The notes beneath the pieces were generated by a model. It made no database searches and had not been told where the DNA came from. It was given only the letters and a program-made list of their open reading frames with translations. A DNA stretch of 64,000 nt, taken from contig DATLHO010000017.1 of NCBI GenBank assembly GCA_035539855.1, forward strand, positions 13,291-77,290. The letters are read 5' to 3'. The translations under genes and the position numbers were made by a program. This document shows, piece by piece, positions 45,990 through 54,644 of the stretch. This DNA is from Candidatus Kapaibacterium sp. (lineage in GTDB: Bacteria; Bacteroidota; Ignavibacteria; OLB7). Numbering within the stretch: the first letter of the stretch is position 1; the number at the start of each line of letters is the position of its first letter.

Positions 45990-48900
45990 ATGGACACACG
46001 CGCACCCAATACGACCACGAACGCCCCCGTTCCCGTGAGGGATTCCGGAGGGCGGGCCACCCGGCTGCCCTTCATCGGACGAGAACAGATGCTCAGGGGC
46101 ATCGCCCGGGCGTACTCGCACACGCACGATGGCGGGCGTATGCTCGTGACGATCGTCGGCGAGCGTGGCAGCGGCCGATCAAGGACGCTGCGCGAGATTC
46201 GCTCGATGACCGAGCTCGCCGGCGCCCTCCTACTGGAGCCCAGACTGCCGGCCGGCTCGAGCGACGTCGTCGCCGCGGTGGCTCGAGCTCTGCGTGAGGA
46301 GCTCGGAGTGCGACGCTCGATCGGACCGCTGAGTCCGGTCGACGCAGCTGACGCAAGTGAGGCTCCGGACGATCTCGCCGCGACCCTCGCGACGACGCTC
46401 ACCGCGACCGCCGCGGTGATGCCGCTGGTGCTGCTCGTCGACGACATCGATGACGACCCCGCCGCGGTCGTTGCGCTCGCCGGCCTCCTGCAATCAGTCG
46501 ACGCTCCCTGGCTCGCGATCATGACGAGCCGCCAGTCGACGGCCTCGGCCGCGGCGATGGTCGCGCGCAGCGCCGATGCGCACACGGCCGAGCTGTATTG
46601 CGAGCACTTCGACCACGAGAGCGTCACCGCGCTTCTGCGCGCGCTGCAGCGCGAGGAGCCCGAAGCACTCGACGTCGGCTGGCTCGTCGAGCGAACGCAC
46701 GGACTGCCGCTGCTGCTGCGCGAGGCGATCGAGGCTGCGATGCGATGCGGAGCGCTCGTTCTCGAAGACGGGCGCCTGCGACGTGCCGACGAGATCGGAC
46801 GCGCCGCCGACGAATACGCCGCACAGCTTCCGTTGTCGGTCCCGGAAATCCTGTCGCTCTCGGAGCCCGAGCGCGCGGCGCTCGCGACGTGCGCGCTGCT
46901 TGGACTGACGGCGCCCGAGGCCCTGCTCGAGCGACTTGCGGTGACCGACACCTGCCTGTCACGCCTCGCTCGACTGCGGCTGGTGCGCCGCGACAACGCG
47001 AGCGTGACGTTCGAGAGTCGCCTGGTGCACGAGGCATCACTCGCCGACGCGCGCGCGCAACGGATCGACGAGCGCCACGCCCCGGTCCTGGCCGAGATCG
47101 TGCCCGGGGCAATCGACGACGGGCTGCGTCCTCCGCCGGGAACGATCGATCTGCTCGTGAGGACGGCTCCGGACGAGGCGCGCCGTCTGGAGCTCATCGG
47201 CGAGCTTCTCGCGTGCGCATCGCGGCTGGCGACGGCGAACGAGTATTATCAGGCGGCCCTGATCATGCGCTCGTGCTACGACGCCGGCGTTGCCATCACC
47301 GACGATCACGACCGGCTCGCCGCATGGTTCGATCAGTATGTCGGCGTGCTGCATGCGCTTGGCAGGGTGGATGAACAGCGTCGCGTGATCGACGACTTCC
47401 TGCGCCGGCATCCGGCCGAGAATGCGACGCCGGCGCTCGTGCCGATGGTCGCGCGCGCGATGCTCTGGCGCGCCGAGGATCTCGAGCGCAGCAAGCTCAT
47501 GCAGCGGGCGATCGAGATGCTCGATGCGGCCGACGTGATCATCGAGCGCGTCGCCGAGCCGGAGCTCGCCGCGTCGCTGAGGCATCGCGCGGTGATGGGC
47601 CGCGCGCGCGTCTACAGCGTGGCCGATCGCAACGACGATGCGCTGGCACTGCTGCGACGGCTTCTCGACGAGATCGACTCCGACGCGCACCTACCGGTCG
47701 CCTTCGACGCGCTGCTGGTCTTCGGTCGCGTTGCCGACACGCCCGAACAGCGCGCCGAGGCCGAGAGCCGCATCGAGGCGATGCTCGACCGCTTCGAGCG
47801 CGATGGACGCGAGCGACTCGCCGTGCAGATGCGCGCGGCCCGCATCGGGCTGCATACCTCCGACGATGACTTCGACCTGCGCGAGCCGGAGATCCGGGAG
47901 ATCGTGGAGCAGACGAAACGCTGCTCGCTGCCGCGCACCGAGACGAACGCCTGGGTCTGGCTTGCGATGATCCACTCCGAGCGCGGCGAGCAGCGCGAAG
48001 CGCTCCGCGCGATCGATCACGCGATCGAAGCGCGCTGGCGTGTCGGCTCGATCGCGCTGTGGCAGCTTGCGATGATCACGCGGGCGCAGATCCTGATGCT
48101 CGATCGACGCGACGACGAGGCGCTCGAAGCGATCGCGCAGGTGGAGCTCGACGCGGAGACGTACGGCCGACCGTGTCGGCGCTTTCTGATCGACGTGGTC
48201 AAGTGCATCATCGCCGTTCGCCGGGGCGAATGGCAGTCTGGCACCGCCGGACTCGCCGTTCTCGCCGAGACAGGCAACGCCGAGCGCTTCGAAGCGGTAC
48301 GCGAGACGATGCTGGTCGTCGAGGGAGAGATCCTTCTGCACTCGCATTCGATCGAGCGTGAACAGGCGCGCGATTACGCACGGCGCGTACTGCTCGAGGA
48401 TCCCCAGGATCTCGACGCGCGCAGGCTGCTGCCGGTCGCTCTGGCGGTCGTTGCGCGCGCGCATGACGACGCGGGCACCGCGGCGCGGGGACGCGTCGGC
48501 GCAAGCGACCCTCTGATACAGGAGCTCGGGCGTCGCGTGACCGAATCCGTCGCGCTCTGGATCGAGCGTCGGGCCGAGGCCAATGCCGAGCATGCGCTGC
48601 ACCTGCTGCGCGCACACGCGCCCCGCGCGCTTCCGGCCGAGGACCTCGCGGCGATCGGAGCGCGGCTGCCTCAGGGTCTCGCCGGTCCATCGTGGCATCA
48701 CTGCGAGGTCCAGACGCTCGGCTCGATGCGCGTGATCGACGCGACCGGCGCGGAACGGGGCGGGCGGCACTTCGGTCAGCACAAGAGCGACTCGAAGCCG
48801 AAGAAGATGCTCGCGGCCCTCGCAGTCGCGGCGATCGTCGGCCGGCGCCTCAAGCGCGAACGGCTCATTGAGATGGTCTGGGGAGAATCGGTCGCGGCCG

Positions 48901-49457
48901 AGACGGCGGTCAACAATTTCCACGTCACGCTTTCCGGCCTGCGTCAGGTCGTCGGCGACGTCGTCGACTTCGACGGCTCGAGCTACATGCTCAACACGAG
49001 CCTCGTGCGCGTCGACGCCTTGTGGATGCTCGCCCTCGTCGACGAAGCGGCCGCCGTTCAGCGCGCCGGGCTCCACTACAAGTCGTACGACCTTCTGCGT
49101 CAGGCAATCGCGCTGGTCAACGGAGAGTTCCTCGACGGCATCTACGACGAATGGACAGATGTCGCGAGGGAGATCGTCCGGGCGAAATCTCGCTTCGCTC
49201 GACTGCGTGTTGCGGAGATCGCCCTGGCGCGCGGCGAGTCCGACGTCGCCCGTCGTGAGATCGGCATGCTGCTCGACGCCGACCCTCTGGACGAGGAGGC
49301 CGAGTATCTGGCCCTCTCGATCCTGCGAGCCGATGGCGAGCGCCTGCGGGCGCTTCGCGAGCTCGACCGCTTCACCGCCGCACTCGCAGCCGAATACGGC
49401 ACCGAGCCCTCGGCGCGATTGCAATCGTTGCGCGGGTCGATTGCCCTGGCCGACTGA
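45990..49457 (+). CDS. Large STAND-type P-loop ATPase with helical repeats and a C-terminal winged-helix + BTAD (SARP-like) DNA-binding module
   Basis: Walker A-like GERGSGRS (46158-46181) and Walker B LVLLVDDIDD. A long alpha-helical middle region. The C-terminus VQTLGSMRV...KKMLAALAV...RERLIEMVWGE then Y..Y..LRQA...G.FL...YDEW resembles OmpR-type wHTH plus BTAD. Confidence 0.75.
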   Translation: MDTRAPNTTTNAPVPVRDSGGRATRLPFIGREQMLRGIARAYSHTHDGGRMLVTIVGERGSGRSRTLREIRSMTELAGALLLEPRLPAGSSDVVAAVARALREELGVRRSIGPLSPVDAADASEAPDDLAATLATTLTATAAVMPLVLLVDDIDDDPAAVVALAGLLQSVDAPWLAIMTSRQSTASAAAMVARSADAHTAELYCEHFDHESVTALLRALQREEPEALDVGWLVERTHGLPLLLREAIEAAMRCGALVLEDGRLRRADEIGRAADEYAAQLPLSVPEILSLSEPERAALATCALLGLTAPEALLERLAVTDTCLSRLARLRLVRRDNASVTFESRLVHEASLADARAQRIDERHAPVLAEIVPGAIDDGLRPPPGTIDLLVRTAPDEARRLELIGELLACASRLATANEYYQAALIMRSCYDAGVAITDDHDRLAAWFDQYVGVLHALGRVDEQRRVIDDFLRRHPAENATPALVPMVARAMLWRAEDLERSKLMQRAIEMLDAADVIIERVAEPELAASLRHRAVMGRARVYSVADRNDDALALLRRLLDEIDSDAHLPVAFDALLVFGRVADTPEQRAEAESRIEAMLDRFERDGRERLAVQMRAARIGLHTSDDDFDLREPEIREIVEQTKRCSLPRTETNAWVWLAMIHSERGEQREALRAIDHAIEARWRVGSIALWQLAMITRAQILMLDRRDDEALEAIAQVELDAETYGRPCRRFLIDVVKCIIAVRRGEWQSGTAGLAVLAETGNAERFEAVRETMLVVEGEILLHSHSIEREQARDYARRVLLEDPQDLDARRLLPVALAVVARAHDDAGTAARGRVGASDPLIQELGRRVTESVALWIERRAEANAEHALHLLRAHAPRALPAEDLAAIGARLPQGLAGPSWHHCEVQTLGSMRVIDATGAERGGRHFGQHKSDSKPKKMLAALAVAAIVGRRLKRERLIEMVWGESVAAETAVNNFHVTLSGLRQVVGDVVDFDGSSYMLNTSLVRVDALWMLALVDEAAAVQRAGLHYKSYDLLRQAIALVNGEFLDGIYDEWTDVAREIVRAKSRFARLRVAEIALARGESDVARREIGMLLDADPLDEEAEYLALSILRADGERLRALRELDRFTAALAAEYGTEPSARLQSLRGSIALAD

Positions 49458-49639
49458 GTCGAGCACGACGGGTCGAAAACGGCTCGAATCGGCTGATTTC
49501 GTGTTTAAGCGTCGGCCTAAGTCGACCGCTGTACCTTTGATCAGAACATGAGACTGTGGCACGGGACGATGTCTCACTTCAGTCGATCAGCGTTCTCGTT
49601 CGACATGCGCCTGGGGGGGAAGCATGTCGAATGAAAAGA

Positions 49640-49671
49640 AAAAGGCCCGCGTCATCGACGCGGGCCTTTTT
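49640..49671. terminator. Bidirectional intrinsic terminator
   Basis: AAAAA-GGCCCGCGTC-ATC-GACGCGGGCC-TTTTT. A 10-bp GC stem is flanked by an A run and a T run, between convergent genes. Confidence 0.8.
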
Positions 49672-49700
49672 GCTGGGTGTCGTGCCTGTGACGGCGTCGA

Positions 49701-50354
49701 CTACTGGTTCGTCGGCTTGACCTCGACGGCGTTGATCTCGACGATCGACACCGGCGTCTTGGGCTGGCCGTTGTAGCGCGGATCGAGCTCGACCCGCTCG
49801 ATACGGTGGATGATGTCCATGCCCTTGGTCACGCGACCGAAGATCGTGTACGAATACGGCAGGTGGCTGGCCCGCTCGTCGCTCAGGACGATGAAGAACT
49901 GGCTCGTGTTCGTGTTCGGTCCGCGGTTGGCCATCGCGAGGATGCCTTCCTTGTAACCGAGCTTCGCAAGCGGGCCTGTCGGATTGAGCTCGTCGGCGAA
50001 CGTGCTGCCGAAGATCGACGTGCCGCCGGTGCCCCAGAGGTCCCGCCGCGACGCGCTGTCGCGCGAAAACGGGTCGCCCGCCTGGACGACGAAGCCTGGG
50101 ACGACGCGATGGAAGAGAATGCCGTTGTAGTACCCCTTCTTCGCCAGTTCGACGAAGTTCTTCACGGTCTTCGGCGCGTCGATGCCGTAGAGCTCGATCT
50201 CGATGTCGCCCATGCTCGTGCGAAGCACGGCCATGTGCGTGGCTTTTGGACCGGTCTGTGTCTCCTGCGCGCGCATCGGCGCGGAGGCTGCGAGCAGGCC
50301 GATCGACGTGAGAACAAGTGCTGAAAGAAGTCGCATGGCTGTCGTATGTGACAT
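49701..50354 (-). CDS. Secreted cyclophilin-type peptidyl-prolyl cis-trans isomerase
   Basis: FHRVVPGFVVQAGDP, MANRGPNTNTSQFFI and a signal peptide. The start could be ATG 50354 or 50336. Confidence 0.9.
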   Translation of the reverse strand: MSHTTAMRLLSALVLTSIGLLAASAPMRAQETQTGPKATHMAVLRTSMGDIEIELYGIDAPKTVKNFVELAKKGYYNGILFHRVVPGFVVQAGDPFSRDSASRRDLWGTGGTSIFGSTFADELNPTGPLAKLGYKEGILAMANRGPNTNTSQFFIVLSDERASHLPYSYTIFGRVTKGMDIIHRIERVELDPRYNGQPKTPVSIVEINAVEVKPTNQ

Positions 50355-50468
50355 CAGGATGTGCCCTCGATAACGTATACGGCGGTATGACACCGCCCCA
50401 CCACCGAAGTTAAACGACGAAGCTCCCGAAACAAACCACATTGAGCGAGGCGCCCAGGTGTTGGGCGA

Positions 50469-51170
50469 TCAGGCGCTCACCTCCTTGACCTTGATCCCGG
50501 TGATGCGCGCGGGCGTTCGCGGCATTTCTCCCTGATATCCCGTCGATTCGATCCTCATGAGCGATTCCTGACCGTCGCGGACGCGGCCGATGATCGTGTA
50601 GAGGTACTGAAGCTGCGCCGCGGCGCCGTCGCCGAGCACGATGAAGAATTGGCTGGAGTTCGTATTGGGACCACTGTTGGCCATCGCCACCATGCCGGTT
50701 GCGTAGCCGAGCTTTGCCGAGGGCTTGGCCGCGTCGAGCTCATCGTCGAACGTGCCGCCGTAGATCGATTCACCGCCCTGCCCCCAGAATTCCCGCTTCG
50801 ACTCGTCCTTCGACTGCGGATCGCCGGCCTGTGCGACGAATCCGGGCACGACGCGATGGAAGGCGATCCCGTCATAGAACCCCTTCTTCGCGAGCCCGAC
50901 GAAGTTGTTGACGGCCTTCGGCGCATCCTTGCCGAAGAGCTCGATGACGACCTCGCCCGAGTCTGTCGCGATCGTCGCGACGTGCGTCACGACGGGACCC
51001 GCCGTGTCCGCGACCTGGACGCTGTCGCCGGAGCCCATCGCTCCGGACGCTCCTGGGGCGAGCGTCGTCGTATCGATGCCACCGGCCGAGGGAGTCTCCG
51101 AGGTGCCGCCGCCGCAGGCGACGAGGATGAAGGCGAGGAGGAGGTAGAGGTGTTGGTATGGGCGGTTCAT
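50469..51170 (-). CDS. Cyclophilin-type peptidyl-prolyl cis-trans isomerase, lipoprotein
   Basis: Lipobox LLAFILVACGG. FHRVVPGFVAQAGDP and MANSGPNTNSSQFFI. Confidence 0.9.
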   Translation of the reverse strand: MNRPYQHLYLLLAFILVACGGGTSETPSAGGIDTTTLAPGASGAMGSGDSVQVADTAGPVVTHVATIATDSGEVVIELFGKDAPKAVNNFVGLAKKGFYDGIAFHRVVPGFVAQAGDPQSKDESKREFWGQGGESIYGGTFDDELDAAKPSAKLGYATGMVAMANSGPNTNSSQFFIVLGDGAAAQLQYLYTIIGRVRDGQESLMRIESTGYQGEMPRTPARITGIKVKEVSA

Positions 51171-51177
51171 GTTGGTT

Positions 51178-51456
51178 TGTCAGATGATAGATGTCAGATG
51201 TTAGATGTCACGAGGCGAAGAGGTTTCGGTGAGCCAGGCCCCCTTCCATGAGCGGCGCCCCGTCATCCTTGACGAGCGGAGCGAGTCGGGGATCTGTCTT
51301 CGGCGGTAGCCGTGCCGAACGGTACCGCTACCGCGGAGGATAGATCTCCGCCGCGCTTCGCTTGCGAAGATGACGGGGGCGCATTCATTCCGGGTAGAGT
51401 GCCTCGTGACATTTGACATCTGACATCTGACATCGAACATCTGACATCTGACATCA
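51178..51456 (-). repeat. Bipartite inverted heptamer-array element filling the uppP-cyclophilin spacer, with a nested palindrome
   Basis: The array at 51407-51455 holds 7 units in perfect register (TGACATT, TGACATC x3, GAACATC, TGACATC x2), and the last unit contains the uppP stop. The inverse array at 51181-51215 holds 4 units plus CACGAGG. Read on the - strand this gives stop-(GATGTCA)n...(ACATCTN)n-CAAACCAAC-ATG. A 122-bp palindrome lies at 51258-51379. Confidence 0.85.
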
Positions 51457-52299
51457 AGCCCCCAACCACCCCACCGCCACCGCAATCAAAATCCCCCCGC
51501 CCAGCAACAGCCGATAGGCGATGAACAGCCGCGTCGAGTGCGTCCGCAGATACCGCAGGAGGAACGCGATCGAGGCATACCCGCTGACTGCGGAGACCGC
51601 CGTGGCGACGACGAGCGTGAGCGTGCCGGCGCCGTCGAGGTGGCCGACGACCTTGAAGAATTCGAGCAGTCCGCTCGCGGCGATTGCGGGGATCGACAGC
51701 AGGAAGCTGAAGCGCGCGGCCGCCTCGCGGGTGAGCCCCGCGAAGAGTCCGGCGGTCAGCGTCGTGCCGGAGCGCGAGGAGCCAGGGATCAGCGCGATCG
51801 CCTGGGCCGCGCCGATGAACACGGCGTCGCGGGGCGTGAGCTGCTCGATCGGTCGGTTGAAGCGGGCGACGCGCTCGGCGATCTCCAGGAGAATCGCCAG
51901 GACGACGAGGCTGGTTCCGATCACGACGAGGTTCTTCGTCAACGCGCCCTCGATGACGTCCTTGAACGCGAGTCCGATGATGACGATGGGGATGGTGCCG
52001 AGCGCGATCATCCAGCCGCTTCGCGATTCGAACGTCTGCTCGCGGACGGGGACGCGACGGAGATTCTCGCGAACGAACGCGCCGACGATGGCGACGATGT
52101 CGCGACTGAAGTAGACCAGCACCGCGACGAGCGTCCCGAGCTGCACGATCGCTATGAACTCCGTCCATCGTTCCGGCCGGGTCGGATCGATCAGGCCCAT
52201 TGCTCGGCCGACGAGCGTCAGATGGGCGGTCGAGCTGATGGGAAGGAACTCGCTCAGACCCTGGATCAGGCCGAGCACGATTGCCTGGACGATCGTCAA
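51454..52299 (-). CDS. uppP: Undecaprenyl-diphosphate phosphatase
   Basis: LGLIQGLSEFLPISSTAHL and the PGSSRSG motif. Eight TM helices. Confidence 0.95.
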   Translation of the reverse strand: MTIVQAIVLGLIQGLSEFLPISSTAHLTLVGRAMGLIDPTRPERWTEFIAIVQLGTLVAVLVYFSRDIVAIVGAFVRENLRRVPVREQTFESRSGWMIALGTIPIVIIGLAFKDVIEGALTKNLVVIGTSLVVLAILLEIAERVARFNRPIEQLTPRDAVFIGAAQAIALIPGSSRSGTTLTAGLFAGLTREAAARFSFLLSIPAIAASGLLEFFKVVGHLDGAGTLTLVVATAVSAVSGYASIAFLLRYLRTHSTRLFIAYRLLLGGGILIAVAVGWLGA

Positions 52300-52531
52300 A
52301 TCCTACACTCCGCTGATTCGTCTACCGTCGTTGAAGCGCCGTTCGGGAATCCTCGAAGATAGGAAGATTCGACGGCGCCCGCTCGGCACGGGCGATCGGG
52401 GGCTGTTTCGTACTTTCGTGCAGCCAATCCCCCCGATCCCACCGGACGCCTTCCGCTCCAGTAACCGACGGCGCTGCGACCCGGCTCGATGCCGTGTCGC
52501 GTCACCCGCGACGAGGGACTTCGACGCCTTG

Positions 52532-53689
52532 ATGCCATTGCATACCTCCGACGACATCGCCGTGCGCGAGCAGCTCGCGCCGCTGTTTCGACCCCATACG
52601 TTCCTTGCCGGCGTCACGACGCTCCGCAACCGGCTGGTGATGGCCCCGATGACGACCTATTCGTCGCATCCGAACGGCATGATCACCGCCGACGAGATCG
52701 CCTACCTGCGACGGCGATCCAAGGGCGTCGGCATGACGATCACCGCCGCATGCTACGTCTCCTACGACGGCCATGCCTTCGACGGTCAGTGGAGCTGCGC
52801 GTCGGACGAGGCGATCCCGAGTCTGAAGGAGGCGGCCGACGCGATCCGCGAGGCCGGTGCGCTGGCCGTGCTGCAGCTTCATCACGGCGGCCGGCTCTGC
52901 GCCGCATCGCTGCTCGGCCACGCGCCGCTGGGTCCGAGCGCGGTGCGCGCCGAGCGTCCCGGCGCCGACGAGCCGCGTGAAATGAGCGAGTCCGAGATCG
53001 AGCGCACGATCGCGGCCTTCGGTCAGGCTGCCCGGCGCGCCGTTCGCGCGGGCTTCGACGGGGTCGAGATCCACGGCGCCAACGGCTACCTGCTGCAGCA
53101 GTTCTTCTCGCCGCACGCCAACCGTCGCACCGATCAGTGGGGAGGCTCCGTCGAGAACCGCGCCGCCTTCCCGATCGCGGTGCTCGAGGAGGTTCAGGAG
53201 GTCGTCCGCCGCAACGCGTATCGTCCGTTCTCGATCGGCTACCGGCTCTCGCCGGAGGAGGTCGAGGAGGAGGGGATCACGACCGAGGACACGCTGCATC
53301 TGGTCGAGGGACTCGTCGCCTGCCGTCCCGACTGGCTGCACATCTCGACGAACGATTACTTCGCCGGCAGTCTCCGCGACCGCGACGATGCGCGCGCGCG
53401 GACCGACATGATCGCCGAGCGCGTCGACAACCGCACGGCGATCATCGGCGTCGGCTCGGTGCTGACGCCCGACACCGCGTTGAAGATCCTCGAGTCCGGC
53501 GCGCACCTGGTGGCGCTCGGCCGGGAGCTGATCATGGAGCCGGAGTGGGTCGAGAAGGTCGCCGCCGGCGATCTCGACGACCTTCGCGTGTGTCTTCCTG
53601 CCGAAGGCGCCGACGTCGAGTTGACGATTCCGACGCCGATGTACCGCAGGATGCTCGGGCGGCCGGGCTGGCTGCCGGTCTGTGCCTGA
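52532..53689 (+). CDS. NADH:flavin oxidoreductase (Old Yellow Enzyme family)
   Basis: NRLVMAPMT, LQLHHGGR and HGANGYLLQQFFSPHANRRTDQWGGSVENR. Start re-set to ATG 52532. Confidence 0.85.
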   Translation: MPLHTSDDIAVREQLAPLFRPHTFLAGVTTLRNRLVMAPMTTYSSHPNGMITADEIAYLRRRSKGVGMTITAACYVSYDGHAFDGQWSCASDEAIPSLKEAADAIREAGALAVLQLHHGGRLCAASLLGHAPLGPSAVRAERPGADEPREMSESEIERTIAAFGQAARRAVRAGFDGVEIHGANGYLLQQFFSPHANRRTDQWGGSVENRAAFPIAVLEEVQEVVRRNAYRPFSIGYRLSPEEVEEEGITTEDTLHLVEGLVACRPDWLHISTNDYFAGSLRDRDDARARTDMIAERVDNRTAIIGVGSVLTPDTALKILESGAHLVALGRELIMEPEWVEKVAAGDLDDLRVCLPAEGADVELTIPTPMYRRMLGRPGWLPVCA

Positions 53690-53809
53690 GGGGAAATCCC
53701 CGTGCCCCGTTATACCAAAGAGGCGCCTCGTGCGTCTCCCTCGTGTCGATTTCCGAACCAGGCCGAACTCAACCAACGCATTCGTATTCATCCATACACG
53801 GAGACATCC

Positions 53810-54529
53810 TTGAGAAACGTTCTCGCACTGGCGGCCCTCTGCGCCGCGCTGCTCAGCGTACCCGCGTACGCCCAGAAGTCGGGCGCGAAGACCGCACCGA
53901 AGAAGACCACGCTGAAGACCTCGTCGGACAGCATCAGCTACTCGATCGGCGCGATGATCGGCCGCAATCTGAAGCAGCAGGAGATGGGCCTCGACGCCAA
54001 TATCCTCACCGCCGCGATCGCCGATGCGCTCGCCGACCGCGCGCTCGCGTTGAGTGATGCCGAGATGGAGGGCGTGCTCAAGGTGCTGCAGGAGACGATG
54101 ACCTCGAAGCAGGTCTCGAAGATCCAGGAGCTCGCCGCCAAGAACAAGGCGGCCGGCGAGGCGTTCCTCGCGCAGAACAGGTCGCGCCAGGGCGTCGTCG
54201 TGCTTCCGAGCGGCCTGCAGTACGAAGTGATCACCGACGCCACGGGCGCCAAGCCCACGGCGAGCGACAAGGTCACGACGCACTACAAGGGAACGCTCAT
54301 CGACGGCACGACCTTCGACAGCTCGTACGATCGTGGCGAGCCGGCTTCGTTCCAGCTCGACCAGGTCATCCGCGGATGGACCGAGGCGCTGCAGCTGATG
54401 TCGGTTGGATCGAAGTGGCGTCTGTTCGTACCGGCCGAGCTCGCCTATGGCGAGGGCGCCCCCAACGGCAGCCCGATCGGACCGAACTCGACCCTCATCT
54501 TCGAGGTCGAGCTTCTCAAGATCAACTAG
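53810..54529 (+). CDS. fkpA: FKBP-type peptidyl-prolyl isomerase (FkpA/Mip-like, secreted)
   Basis: Signal peptide, an FKBP N-terminal dimerisation helix region, and the FKBP core (YKGTLIDGTTFDSS, VIRGWTEAL, LIFEVELL). I prefer the TTG at 53810, which follows GGAGA, over the track start 53702. Confidence 0.85.
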   Translation: MRNVLALAALCAALLSVPAYAQKSGAKTAPKKTTLKTSSDSISYSIGAMIGRNLKQQEMGLDANILTAAIADALADRALALSDAEMEGVLKVLQETMTSKQVSKIQELAAKNKAAGEAFLAQNRSRQGVVVLPSGLQYEVITDATGAKPTASDKVTTHYKGTLIDGTTFDSSYDRGEPASFQLDQVIRGWTEALQLMSVGSKWRLFVPAELAYGEGAPNGSPIGPNSTLIFEVELLKIN

Positions 54530-54550
54530 CGACCACCAGGCCTCTATGAG

Positions 54551-54584
54551 AAAGCCCCCACCGGCACTGTCCGGTGGGGGCTTT
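54551..54584. terminator. Bidirectional intrinsic terminator
   Basis: AAA-GCCCCCACCGG-CACTGT-CCGGTGGGGGC-TTT, between convergent genes. Confidence 0.75.
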
Positions 54585-54644
54585 CACGTTCACGGGCGCT
54601 CGATGGCGCGCGACAAGCGAAGACGCGCGTCGGTCGCGCGCGGG

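Noticed and set aside
47691-49577. 628-aa ORF on the - strand, and similar antisense ORFs 45980..47197(-), 58777..60660(-), 38407..39909(-) and 27388..28671(-)
   Set aside because: They lie antisense to genes with strong motif support and have low-complexity Arg/Asp/Glu-rich translations.
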